A DNA stretch of 64,000 nt from an uncultured Acidobacteriota bacterium (GTDB lineage: Bacteria > Acidobacteriota > Thermoanaerobaculia > UBA5066 > Gp7-AA6): positions 3,215,027 through 3,279,026 of the forward strand of contig CAVTYD010000002.1 of assembly GCA_963738945.1 (NCBI GenBank), written 5' to 3'. Position 1 is the first letter of the stretch; the number at the start of each line of letters is the position of its first letter. Shown in pieces: positions 54,720-63,366 of this stretch. The position numbers were made by a program, and so were the translations under genes. Under the pieces are notes generated by a model. That model was not told the DNA's origin, searched no databases, and saw only the letters and a list, made by a program, of their open reading frames with translations.

Positions 54720-57707
54720 CTAGGGCAGGTTGAAGGTACGGACGAGGAGTGTGGCCATTTGCTGTCGGAGGACGGGGTTGTCGGGGCAGTAGAGGAGAGG
54801 AGAGGTCTGGCAGCCACCGGAGATGCCCTGGTTGTAGAGGGCTTCGATGAAGTCGGCGGCGAAGGATCCGACGGGGACGTCGCCGAAGATGCCGGCGGCG
54901 GGAGGGGGGACGTAGGAGGGGCCGTTTTTGGTTTTCAGGAGGAAGACGGCCATCTGGGCGCGGGTGACGGAGGAGTCGGGGCAGTAGTTGGAGCCTCCGC
55001 ATCCGGAGGTGACGCTTTCGGCGGCGAGTTGTTCGATCCAGTTGGCGAAGGTGGAGGGGCAGGGGACGTCGGCGAAGACGCCCGAGCAGGGGGGAGGCAG
55101 GTAGGCGGCGCCGTGCTCGGACTTCAGGAGGAAGGCGGCCATCTGGTCTCTGCGGACGGGAGACGTCGGGCAGTAGTTGGAGCCGCCGCATCCGGACGTG
55201 ATGCCGGCTCGAGCGATCGAGAGGATGTCGGCGTGGAAGGGGGAGGAGGCGGGGACGTCGGCGAACTCGACGTCGAGAGCGACGGCGTTGGAGAGGGTCG
55301 TGCCACAGGAATCGGTGACGGAGACGGAGTAGGAGGCGACGTCGGCGAAGGTGGCCGGGTCGATGGTCAGCATCGACGTCTGCGAGCCCGAGATCCCGCC
55401 ACCGTCCGACAACGGCATACCGTTGCGCTCCCACTGGTACGTGATCGCCGCGACGCCTCCTCCCTGCGCGGTCAGCGTTGCCGGCAGTCCCAGCAGAGCG
55501 GACGCCGGCGCAACCGTGATCGACGTCAGCCGCGCGTTCCAGAGAACGGCGACGCTGCCCTGGAAGGGCTCTTCGTCCGCGACGGCGGCGTCGAGCCTTC
55601 CGTCGCCGTCGAAATCTCCGGTGACGACCACCTCCGGAAACGTTCCGCACACCCAGGTCTCCGGCGCGGCGAACGTCCCGTCGCCGTAGCCGAGCAGGAG
55701 CGAAGCCTTGCTGTCGGCGAAGCCCGCCGCCACGATGTCCGTGTGACCGTCGCCATTGATGTCGGCCGCGGCAACCGAAAGGACCGGGAATCCTGCGGCG
55801 ACCCCGTAAGGCGTCGCGAAGTTCCCGTGACCATCTCCGCGGAAGATCAGAATTGCGCCGGACCCTTCATCCCCGACGACGATGTCCGGCGCGCCATTGC
55901 CGTCGATGTCTGTCACGATCAGGCACGAGGGAAAGGTACCCACGGCATATGGCGGCGACTCGGTGAACGTGCCGTCCGGAGCGCCGTAGAAGATACGCAG
56001 GATTCCGGCCGGGGACCCGGAACCCACGGCGACGAGGTCGACGACGCCGTCGCCGTTCAGGTCCGCCGCGGCCATCGCGCCGAGCGGCTCGGGCAGCGTG
56101 GCGACGGTGCGGGGCACGAACGCGCCGGTTCCGTCTCCCTTCAGAACTTCGATGCTTTCCTGCAAGCCGACGGGGTCCCAGACCGCGAGCGCCAGGTCGA
56201 GATGGGAATCCGAGCCGAATCGGCCCGCGGCCAGCGGATACTGCTGGTTCGCGACCGGGATCGAGAGCGCCTGGAGCTGCTCGAACCCGAACGTCCCGTC
56301 GCCGTGGCCTTCGAAAAGGGAAATCGCCGCGGTTCCGTTCGACAGGGAAAAGTAGGCGAGATCGAGGTGGCCCGTATCGTGAAAGTCGCCGAGCACCGCG
56401 GAGACGAGGAACCGGTTGGTGGGCTCGACGCCGATGATCTCGAACTGCTGCGACGGCCGCCCGAGCGCGACCGTCGGCCCCGAGAATCCGGTCGAGGAGT
56501 CGAAGCCGGCGACGACGAGATCGGAAATCCCGTCCTCGTCGAAGTCGCCGCTCGCGAGGAGAGAGGAAGGAGAACCCAGGAGCGTCAGCGGCGTCGCGTG
56601 GAGCAAGCCGTTGCCCTGACCGCGCAACCACCAGACCTCGGGAAACTGGCTCGGTGCGAGGGCCACGTCGAGGCTCCCGTCTCCGTTGAAATCGCCGACG
56701 GCGGCGACGCTGCCCCCGGCTCCGGTCGCGTAGGCCGGCCCCGGGAGAAACGTTCCGTCGCCTTGTCCGACGAGGACCTGCAAACCCCCGGAACCCGGTG
56801 AATAGCCGTCGGTCTGAGGCGCGACCAGGTCGAGAATGCCGTCTCCGTTCATGTCGGCCGGCAGGAGGGCCGACGGGAAGATTCCGGCGGGGGAGGGCGT
56901 CGGAGCGCCGAACGTGAAGTTACCGTTCCCGTGCAGGAATTCGAGCGTCTGGTTGGACTCGATGCCCACGAGATCGAGAATCCCGTCGCCGTCGAAGTCG
57001 GCGAGCACGAGGGAGCTCCAGGTGTTCGTCGTGTCGAGGACGAACTGAGGCCCGAACGTGCCGTCGCCGTGGCCGGGCAGAACGATCAGCATGTTCTGGT
57101 AGAAGCCGCCGATGGCGGCGTCGAGGATCCCGTCCCCGTCGATGTCTCCGAACGCGAGAGACGAGGCGAAGGTGTCCACCGTCGTGACGATCGGATCCTC
57201 GAACGTTCCGTCCCCTCGGCCGAGTCGAACGACGAGCCCGTTTCCGGAGACTCCGGTCCAGGCGATGTCGAGCTTCCCGTCGCCGTTCACGTCGATCACG
57301 GTCGTGGGAAATCCCCCGTATCCCGCGTCGACCGGCGCCGCGAACGTGCCGTCGCCGTTTCCGTGGAAGAAGCGCAGCGCATTGAAGGCGTCGATCGTGA
57401 GGACGTCGGGCGCGCCGCCATCGAAGTCTCCCGCGATCACGTACGCCGCGAACTCGGTGGCCGGCGCCGTGAAGAGCTCGGATCCGAGACCCGTCGCGGC
57501 GTCTCCGAGTCGTACGGAGAGAGTGTCCTCGGAGAGCGTGACGACGTCGGGAAGCCCGTCGAGGTTGAAGTCGGCGGTCGCCATGGCGACCGGCACTCCC
57601 TGCACGGGCAGACGCGTCGGGCCGACGAACCCGCCGCACGCGGGTTGCTCGGCCGAGACGCCGCCGGCGATCGCCAGCAGGACCGCGGCCGCCAGCGAGG
57701 GTTTCAC
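54720..57707 (-). CDS. secreted FG-GAP/VCBS-repeat protein with Ig-like domain and three SLH-like modules (downstream copy)
   Basis: GTG at 57707 overlaps the upstream stop (GTGA). Signal peptide VKPSLAAAVLLAIAGGVSA. More than 12 ..GDF(N/D)GDG..D.. repeats. YQWERNGMPL Ig-like domain. Three SLH-like modules. Confidence 0.85.
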   Translation of the reverse strand: MKPSLAAAVLLAIAGGVSAEQPACGGFVGPTRLPVQGVPVAMATADFNLDGLPDVVTLSEDTLSVRLGDAATGLGSELFTAPATEFAAYVIAGDFDGGAPDVLTIDAFNALRFFHGNGDGTFAAPVDAGYGGFPTTVIDVNGDGKLDIAWTGVSGNGLVVRLGRGDGTFEDPIVTTVDTFASSLAFGDIDGDGILDAAIGGFYQNMLIVLPGHGDGTFGPQFVLDTTNTWSSLVLADFDGDGILDLVGIESNQTLEFLHGNGNFTFGAPTPSPAGIFPSALLPADMNGDGILDLVAPQTDGYSPGSGGLQVLVGQGDGTFLPGPAYATGAGGSVAAVGDFNGDGSLDVALAPSQFPEVWWLRGQGNGLLHATPLTLLGSPSSLLASGDFDEDGISDLVVAGFDSSTGFSGPTVALGRPSQQFEIIGVEPTNRFLVSAVLGDFHDTGHLDLAYFSLSNGTAAISLFEGHGDGTFGFEQLQALSIPVANQQYPLAAGRFGSDSHLDLALAVWDPVGLQESIEVLKGDGTGAFVPRTVATLPEPLGAMAAADLNGDGVVDLVAVGSGSPAGILRIFYGAPDGTFTESPPYAVGTFPSCLIVTDIDGNGAPDIVVGDEGSGAILIFRGDGHGNFATPYGVAAGFPVLSVAAADINGDGHTDIVAAGFADSKASLLLGYGDGTFAAPETWVCGTFPEVVVTGDFDGDGRLDAAVADEEPFQGSVAVLWNARLTSITVAPASALLGLPATLTAQGGGVAAITYQWERNGMPLSDGGGISGSQTSMLTIDPATFADVASYSVSVTDSCGTTLSNAVALDVEFADVPASSPFHADILSIARAGITSGCGGSNYCPTSPVRRDQMAAFLLKSEHGAAYLPPPCSGVFADVPCPSTFANWIEQLAAESVTSGCGGSNYCPDSSVTRAQMAVFLLKTKNGPSYVPPPAAGIFGDVPVGSFAADFIEALYNQGISGGCQTSPLLYCPDNPVLRQQMATLLVRTFNLP
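54724..55439. repeat. 716-bp direct repeat, copy 1 (3' cassette of FG-GAP gene)
   Basis: Identical to 57708-58423 (offset 2984) except one base (g54906 versus t57890). Confidence 0.95.
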
Positions 57708-60640
57708 GGCAGGTTGAAGGTACGGACGAGGAGTGTGGCCATTTGCTGTCGGAGGACGGGGTTGTCGGGGCAGTAGAGGAGAGGAGAGGTCTGGCAGCCA
57801 CCGGAGATGCCCTGGTTGTAGAGGGCTTCGATGAAGTCGGCGGCGAAGGATCCGACGGGGACGTCGCCGAAGATGCCGGCGGCGGGAGGTGGGACGTAGG
57901 AGGGGCCGTTTTTGGTTTTCAGGAGGAAGACGGCCATCTGGGCGCGGGTGACGGAGGAGTCGGGGCAGTAGTTGGAGCCTCCGCATCCGGAGGTGACGCT
58001 TTCGGCGGCGAGTTGTTCGATCCAGTTGGCGAAGGTGGAGGGGCAGGGGACGTCGGCGAAGACGCCCGAGCAGGGGGGAGGCAGGTAGGCGGCGCCGTGC
58101 TCGGACTTCAGGAGGAAGGCGGCCATCTGGTCTCTGCGGACGGGAGACGTCGGGCAGTAGTTGGAGCCGCCGCATCCGGACGTGATGCCGGCTCGAGCGA
58201 TCGAGAGGATGTCGGCGTGGAAGGGGGAGGAGGCGGGGACGTCGGCGAACTCGACGTCGAGAGCGACGGCGTTGGAGAGGGTCGTGCCACAGGAATCGGT
58301 GACGGAGACGGAGTAGGAGGCGACGTCGGCGAAGGTGGCCGGGTCGATGGTCAGCATCGACGTCTGCGAGCCCGAGATCCCGCCACCGTCCGACAACGGC
58401 ATACCGTTGCGCTCCCACTGGTAGGAGAGAGGCCCGAAGCCCGATGCCGACGCGACGAGGGAAGCGGGCTGATTCACCAGGAACGATGGGGAGTGCAGTG
58501 TCGCGATCGAACGGTGCGCGTTGAAGAGCAGCTCCAGCGCGGATTCCTGCGAGCTCATGACGATCGAAGGAGCCATCCCGCCGACGTAGGCGGCGGCCAT
58601 GGCGTTGATGGTCGCGGCCGGGTAGAGCACGGGCGCCTCGAAGGTCCCGCCGCCGGCTCCGAGAAGGAGCGATGCGCTGATGCCGTTCGAAGTGAAGATG
58701 TCCGTCTTGCCGTCCGAGTTGAAGTCTCCGGCGGAGACGAAATACGGCGGGAATCCGGCGGCGACGAGGGTCGGAGGCCCGAATCCCGTTCCGGTGTTGA
58801 GCAGGATCGCCACGCTCGATCCGTTGGAGTTCGCGACGATGAGATCGGGAGCCTCGTCGGCGTTGAAGTCGGCGACCGCGAGGCCGGTGGGGCCCGGTCC
58901 CGCGGGAAACTCCACGGGTGCCTGGAAGCTGCCGTCGCCGTTGCCCTCGAGGAACAGAACGGTGTCGAACTGGCTCCCGCAGCAATTGCCGTTGGTGGCA
59001 ACCAGATCGAGCGTGGGGCCCGGGTCGAATCGGCCGACGACCAGGGCGGAAATGTTGTGGCCGAGCGGGGTCGAAGGACCGGGGGAAAAATTGCCGGCGC
59101 CGTCGTTGAGCAGCGTCGAGATCTGAGGAAGGTTCGACGGATCGAAGTTGAAGAAGGCGAGATCCTGCGCTCCGTCGCCGTTCAGGTCGCCGGCGACGAT
59201 GAAGCGCTGACCCGAGCTGATGGGAACGTTCACCGGGGCCTGGAACGTGCCGTCGCCGTTGCCGAACAGGATGGTCACGACGGAATAACTCACGATGGCC
59301 ACGTCGAGCTTCTGGTCGCCGTTGAAGTCGGCCACGGCGAGTCCTGCCGACTGGTAGTAGCCGCCGTTGACCGGAGGCGTCGCCGTGATGATCCCGTCGA
59401 GGACTCGGGCAATCTGGATCGTCCCGTCATAGTTGAGAATCACGAGGTCCTCCCGGCCGTCGCCGTCGAAATCGCCGGTCCCGATCCCGATCGGCTGCTC
59501 CGTGAGGCCGAAATACGTCGGGGCAGCGAGGCGCCCGGACGGCTCTCCGAAGAGGAGCGACACCGTCGACGCGTTCTGATCCGCCGTGGCCACGTCGGGA
59601 ATGGTGTCCTCGTTGAAGTCGCCGACGGCGAAGCTCGCCGTGCCGGCCCCGGCGAGAAAGGACATGCCTCCCGCGAGGGAGCCGTCGGGCTGCTGGAGCA
59701 TCGGCGTCACGACGCCGAAGTTACCCGTGTAATACGTGAAGCCTCGCAGGGCGGCGACGTCCATCTCTCCGTCGCCGTTGAGGTCGGCGGCCTGAAGGGC
59801 GCCCGAGGGGTAGCCGACCCGATATTCGAGTGCCGCGCGAAACGTTCCGTCGCCGTTGCCGCGCAGCACGCCGACGTACACGTCGATACCCACGGCGATG
59901 TCCTGGATGCCGTCGTCGTTGAAGTCGCCCGCGACGATCGGCCCGAGATTCGGTCCGACCTTGACCTCGGTGGGCGTACCGAGCGCTCCGCCGCCGAGTC
60001 CCGGATAGATCGAGACGATGCTGGTGGACTGGGTGATCGCGACGTCGAGATGACCGTCGCCGTCGAAATCCGCGATCGCGATCCCGATGGGCGGCGTCGC
60101 GGTCGAAGTCACCTGCGGCGTCCCGAAGGATCCGTCGCCGACGCCCGGAAGCAGGACGAGGCCGGGTGTACTCGCCCCGGCCACGATGTCGGTCTTGCCG
60201 TCGCCCGTCAGATCGGCGACGGCCACCGAGTAGACGTAAGCGCCCGAGAGATAGGCAACGGGAGCCTGGAACGACCCGTCCCCGTTTCCGAGCAGGACGA
60301 CCAGACCGCCGTAGCTGCTGCCGATCGCGACGTCGAGGTGGTTGTCGCCGTCGAAGTAGCCCGTGGCCAACGACGTCGGGTTGTAGGTTCCGGGCGAGAC
60401 GATGGGAGGCCCGAACGTTCCGTCTCCGGCGCCGAGGAATACCGTCACCTGGCTCTGTTCGGCCTCGAGCAGATCGAGGTGGCCATCGCCGTTGAAGTCT
60501 CCCGAGATGACCTGATAAGGCGTCGTCGGCGTCGCGATCGTGGCTGCGCGCACGAACGTTTCGGGCGGGCAGCTCTCGACCGCCGTCGCCACGGCGTGAA
60601 CTGTCCCGAGGACGAGCAGCCCGGAAAGGAGAACCTTCAT
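57704..60640 (-). CDS. secreted FG-GAP/VCBS-repeat protein with Ig-like domain and three SLH-like modules (upstream copy)
   Basis: GAGGAGG precedes the ATG at 60640. Signal peptide MKVLLSGLLVLGTVHAVATA. FG-GAP repeats. C-terminal 238 aa are identical to the downstream gene. Confidence 0.85.
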   Translation of the reverse strand: MKVLLSGLLVLGTVHAVATAVESCPPETFVRAATIATPTTPYQVISGDFNGDGHLDLLEAEQSQVTVFLGAGDGTFGPPIVSPGTYNPTSLATGYFDGDNHLDVAIGSSYGGLVVLLGNGDGSFQAPVAYLSGAYVYSVAVADLTGDGKTDIVAGASTPGLVLLPGVGDGSFGTPQVTSTATPPIGIAIADFDGDGHLDVAITQSTSIVSIYPGLGGGALGTPTEVKVGPNLGPIVAGDFNDDGIQDIAVGIDVYVGVLRGNGDGTFRAALEYRVGYPSGALQAADLNGDGEMDVAALRGFTYYTGNFGVVTPMLQQPDGSLAGGMSFLAGAGTASFAVGDFNEDTIPDVATADQNASTVSLLFGEPSGRLAAPTYFGLTEQPIGIGTGDFDGDGREDLVILNYDGTIQIARVLDGIITATPPVNGGYYQSAGLAVADFNGDQKLDVAIVSYSVVTILFGNGDGTFQAPVNVPISSGQRFIVAGDLNGDGAQDLAFFNFDPSNLPQISTLLNDGAGNFSPGPSTPLGHNISALVVGRFDPGPTLDLVATNGNCCGSQFDTVLFLEGNGDGSFQAPVEFPAGPGPTGLAVADFNADEAPDLIVANSNGSSVAILLNTGTGFGPPTLVAAGFPPYFVSAGDFNSDGKTDIFTSNGISASLLLGAGGGTFEAPVLYPAATINAMAAAYVGGMAPSIVMSSQESALELLFNAHRSIATLHSPSFLVNQPASLVASASGFGPLSYQWERNGMPLSDGGGISGSQTSMLTIDPATFADVASYSVSVTDSCGTTLSNAVALDVEFADVPASSPFHADILSIARAGITSGCGGSNYCPTSPVRRDQMAAFLLKSEHGAAYLPPPCSGVFADVPCPSTFANWIEQLAAESVTSGCGGSNYCPDSSVTRAQMAVFLLKTKNGPSYVPPPAAGIFGDVPVGSFAADFIEALYNQGISGGCQTSPLLYCPDNPVLRQQMATLLVRTFNLP
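57708..58423. repeat. 716-bp direct repeat, copy 2 (3' cassette of FG-GAP gene)
   Basis: See copy 1. Identity ends exactly at c55440 versus g58424. Confidence 0.95.
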
Positions 60641-60741
60641 GGAGAACCTCCTCGAATCGTTCGCCGCCCGCGTTGGTCGAAGGAAAGACAAATATACCCG
60701 AGGGAGACCTCGGCCGCGACGGCCTGCCGCCGCTCTCCGGC

Positions 60742-61863
60742 TCAGCTCCGGCGGATGCGCTTCAGGATGTCGCCGTCCCACTCGTACCGGAGGCGCTTGC
60801 GGCCCCGGGCCGCGCCCTTCTGGAGCGCGTAGCCGTAGATCAGCGGCAGCGAGACCGAGGTCTCGACGAAGGCCATCTCGTGCGTCGCCTTCTTGGACAC
60901 TTTTCCCCAGGACGTGGCTTCCGAGAGCGTCGAGCCGCCGAGGCCTCCCCAGTGGGGAGCGTCCGTCGTGACCTGCAGGGCGTACTTGTGGCCGCCGGTG
61001 TCGATGCCGAAGATGTAGGACATCACGATCGAGTCGTTGATGTAGTTCTTCGGGACGCCGCCCGAGACGTAAACCGCCGCCGTCGCCGGGCTCTGGACGA
61101 CGATCTGCGTCAGCTCGTAGTTGTCGCGGATCGACGAGATCTCGAACGGCTTCCTTCCGGCCTTGCGCGCGCGATGGTAGTGCTCGGTCAGGCCGATTCC
61201 GATCGAGGAGTCGTTGAGCGCCGGAACGAAGAGCGGGACGCCGCGGCGCGCGCACGCGCCGAGGATCGAGCCCTTGTCGTGCTTGCAGCCCTGGGCGAGC
61301 AGCGCGAGGAATGCGCGCGAGGAAAGGCTCCTACCGCCGAGCGCGTCGGCGAACTTCGAGACGGCGAGGTCCGTTTCCCAGTATTTCTCCTCGTCGATGA
61401 AGGTGTCGTAGAGGCGGTCGATGTAGAGATCGCGAAGCTCCCGGTCGTCCGCGTCGGGATGCCCGTGGTAGTGACGTCCGCCCCGCACCTGGTAGTAGTC
61501 CTGCGAGATGATGGCGCCGGTCGAGACGACGACGTCCACCATGTTCTGCTCGATCAGGTCCACGATCACCTGCCGCATGCCCGCGGCAATGAGCGATCCC
61601 GCCATGCCGAGCATCACGGTCGGCCGCTGCCGGTCGCGCAGCATCGCCTCGAAGACGCGAGCGGCCTTGCCGAGCGCACGGGCCTGGAACGAAGCGTCGC
61701 GATAGGCGTCGAGCAGCTGCGCGACGGTCGTTCGTTTTCCGATCTTTATCGGCGTCGTCGGACGGCCGAGGAGTGCCTTCTTGCGCTTCCGGTCGACGCC
61801 GACCGCCGCGGCGTGGACGTATTCGTCGGCGGTGTGCGGGGCGCCTTTTCCTTTCGATCCCAT
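60742..61863 (-). CDS. deoxyhypusine synthase family protein (bacterial DHS-like)
   Basis: AGGAGG 9 nt upstream of the ATG at 61863. GMAGSLIAAGMRQVIVDLIEQNMVDVVVSTGA, SGGVPKNY, EATSWGK lysine block. Confidence 0.85.
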   Translation of the reverse strand: MGSKGKGAPHTADEYVHAAAVGVDRKRKKALLGRPTTPIKIGKRTTVAQLLDAYRDASFQARALGKAARVFEAMLRDRQRPTVMLGMAGSLIAAGMRQVIVDLIEQNMVDVVVSTGAIISQDYYQVRGGRHYHGHPDADDRELRDLYIDRLYDTFIDEEKYWETDLAVSKFADALGGRSLSSRAFLALLAQGCKHDKGSILGACARRGVPLFVPALNDSSIGIGLTEHYHRARKAGRKPFEISSIRDNYELTQIVVQSPATAAVYVSGGVPKNYINDSIVMSYIFGIDTGGHKYALQVTTDAPHWGGLGGSTLSEATSWGKVSKKATHEMAFVETSVSLPLIYGYALQKGAARGRKRLRYEWDGDILKRIRRS

Positions 61864-62537
61864 CGGCGAGGTCCTCCTGAAAGGATGCGGTAGGCCGCCA
61901 TGGCGGCGGCATAGCCCGAATCGATGTTGACCGCCGTGACCCCGTTGGCGCACGAGTTGACGGCGGAGAGAAGCGACGCGAGACCCTGGAACGCGGCGCC
62001 GTAGCCGCGGGAGGTCGGCACGGCGACGATGGGCCGGCCGACGAGTCCGCCGAGGACCGAGAAGAGGGACCCCTCCATGCCGGCGCAAGCCACGATGACG
62101 TCGGCGCGCTCGATCTCCTCGAGCCGGGAGAGCAGCCGCAGCAGGCCGGCCACGCCGACGTCCGGCACGAGGCTCGAGGAGACGCCGAGGTATTCGAGCG
62201 TCCGGCGCACCTCTTCCGCGACGGGCGTGTCGGAGGTTCCCGCGGTGACGACGACGACGTTCGCCTCGATGCGGGGCATCGGCTTTCCCACCGAGACGAC
62301 CAGCGTTCCGGACAACGGGTCGAAGTCCGCACGGCCCGGCAGGGGCGAGAGGGAGACTTCCTCCCAGAGCTCGGGCGCAAGGCGGGTCACGAGCACGTCG
62401 TGGGCGCGGGAAAGCTGGCGGCAGATCTCGATGACCTGGGCGGCCGACTTGCCCTGCGCGAGGACGACCTCGGGAAATCCCACGCGTCGGCGGCGGTCGA
62501 GGTCGAGCGTGTAGTCCGGACCGCGCATGCGCCGCAT
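61746..62537 (-). CDS. larB: LarB-type (PurE-fold) NaAD carboxylase/hydrolase family protein; 3' end uncertain
   Basis: LDRRRRVGFPEVVLAQGKSAAQV, VVVVTAGTSDTPVAEE, VIVACAGMEGSL. The last ~40 codons are Arg/Pro-rich and overlap the DHS gene by 118 bp. Confidence 0.7.
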   Translation of the reverse strand: MRRMRGPDYTLDLDRRRRVGFPEVVLAQGKSAAQVIEICRQLSRAHDVLVTRLAPELWEEVSLSPLPGRADFDPLSGTLVVSVGKPMPRIEANVVVVTAGTSDTPVAEEVRRTLEYLGVSSSLVPDVGVAGLLRLLSRLEEIERADVIVACAGMEGSLFSVLGGLVGRPIVAVPTSRGYGAAFQGLASLLSAVNSCANGVTAVNIDSGYAAAMAAYRILSGGPRRWDRKEKAPRTPPTNTSTPRRSASTGSARRHSSAVRRRR

Positions 62538-62603
62538 TCTATGCGGAGGTTGCAACGCCGCCGCGAAGGCGCTATCGTCCCGGGCCTTCGACGCTCTTTG
62601 ACT

Positions 62604-62769
62604 CGTTTGGCTAAGGGAAGCGGGTGAAAATCCCGCGCGGCCCCCGCCACTGTCACCGGGGACGCCTCGGGCGGCAAACCACTGGACGCGTCGGATCGGC
62701 TGAGCCGGTCGCGCGCCCGGGAAGGAGCCCGCGGGCGGAAGATCCGGAAGCCAGGAGACCTGCCGGACG
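62604..62769 (+). promoter_or_regulatory. cobalamin (B12) riboswitch
   Basis: AAGGGAAGCGGGTGAAAATCCCGCGCGGCCCCCGCCACTGT ... CCACTGG ... CCCGGGAAGG ... GATCCGGAAGCCAGGAGACCTGCC matches the conserved core and B12 box. Candidate P1 is cgtttggc/gccggacg. A downstream hairpin pairs tcgaacc..ccc with ggg..ggttcga and covers the GGGAGG RBS. Confidence 0.85.
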
Positions 62770-62883
62770 ACTCGTTTTTCTCGGACGGGGTGAACCGAGA
62801 GAGGACGCGTCTTCCGATTCCCGGAGCGCGGGACGCCTCTCGAACCGCCCGAGATCCTTCGTCGGATCGAACGGGAGGTTCGA

Positions 62884-63366
62884 ATGACGACCGCGGTGCT
62901 GCTGGTCTTTCTCGGCGCCCTGTCCCGGCTGATCCCCCATCCTCCGAACTTCGTCGCCCTCGGCGCGCTCGCCCTGTATTCGGGCGCCCGCCTGCCGCGC
63001 CGATCCGCCTTTCTCGTTCCGCTCGCCGCGATGGCCCTCGCCGACTTCGTCCTCGACTTCGGGACGGGGCGCGCGGTCTTCTCGACGACGCGCATCGCCA
63101 TCTACGGATCTTTCGTCCTGATCGTTCTCGCGGGGCGTCTCGCGCGCGAGACGTCGGGGCCGCTGCGACTGACGGCCCTGTCGGTCGCGGCGTCGCTTCT
63201 CTTCTTCTTCCTTTCGAATCTCGCCGAGTGGATGGGCGGTGCGCTGTACCCGAAGACCGCGGCCGGCCTCGCGCTCTGCTATGCGGCGGCGATTCCGTTC
63301 TTCTGGAACACGCTCTTCGCCGACCTCGCGGGGACCGCGGTGCTCTTCGGGCTCGATCGGCTCTCG
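62884..63366 (+). CDS. small polytopic membrane protein under B12-riboswitch control (HPPNF-motif family, DUF6580-like by recollection)
   Basis: Not in the ORF track because the frame never closes inside the window. GGGAGG 6 nt upstream of the ATG at 62884. MTTAVLLVFLGALSRLIPHPPNFVALGALALYSG... with about 5 hydrophobic helices. There is no stop codon before the receptor-like part. Confidence 0.55.

Noticed and set aside
55124-55306. Two identical 60-aa ORFs (55124..55306 and 58108..58290) that could suggest a repeated small gene or a repeat array.
   Set aside because: Both are antisense shadows inside the 716-bp duplicated cassette of the FG-GAP genes. There is no spacer/repeat periodicity, so this is not a CRISPR array.
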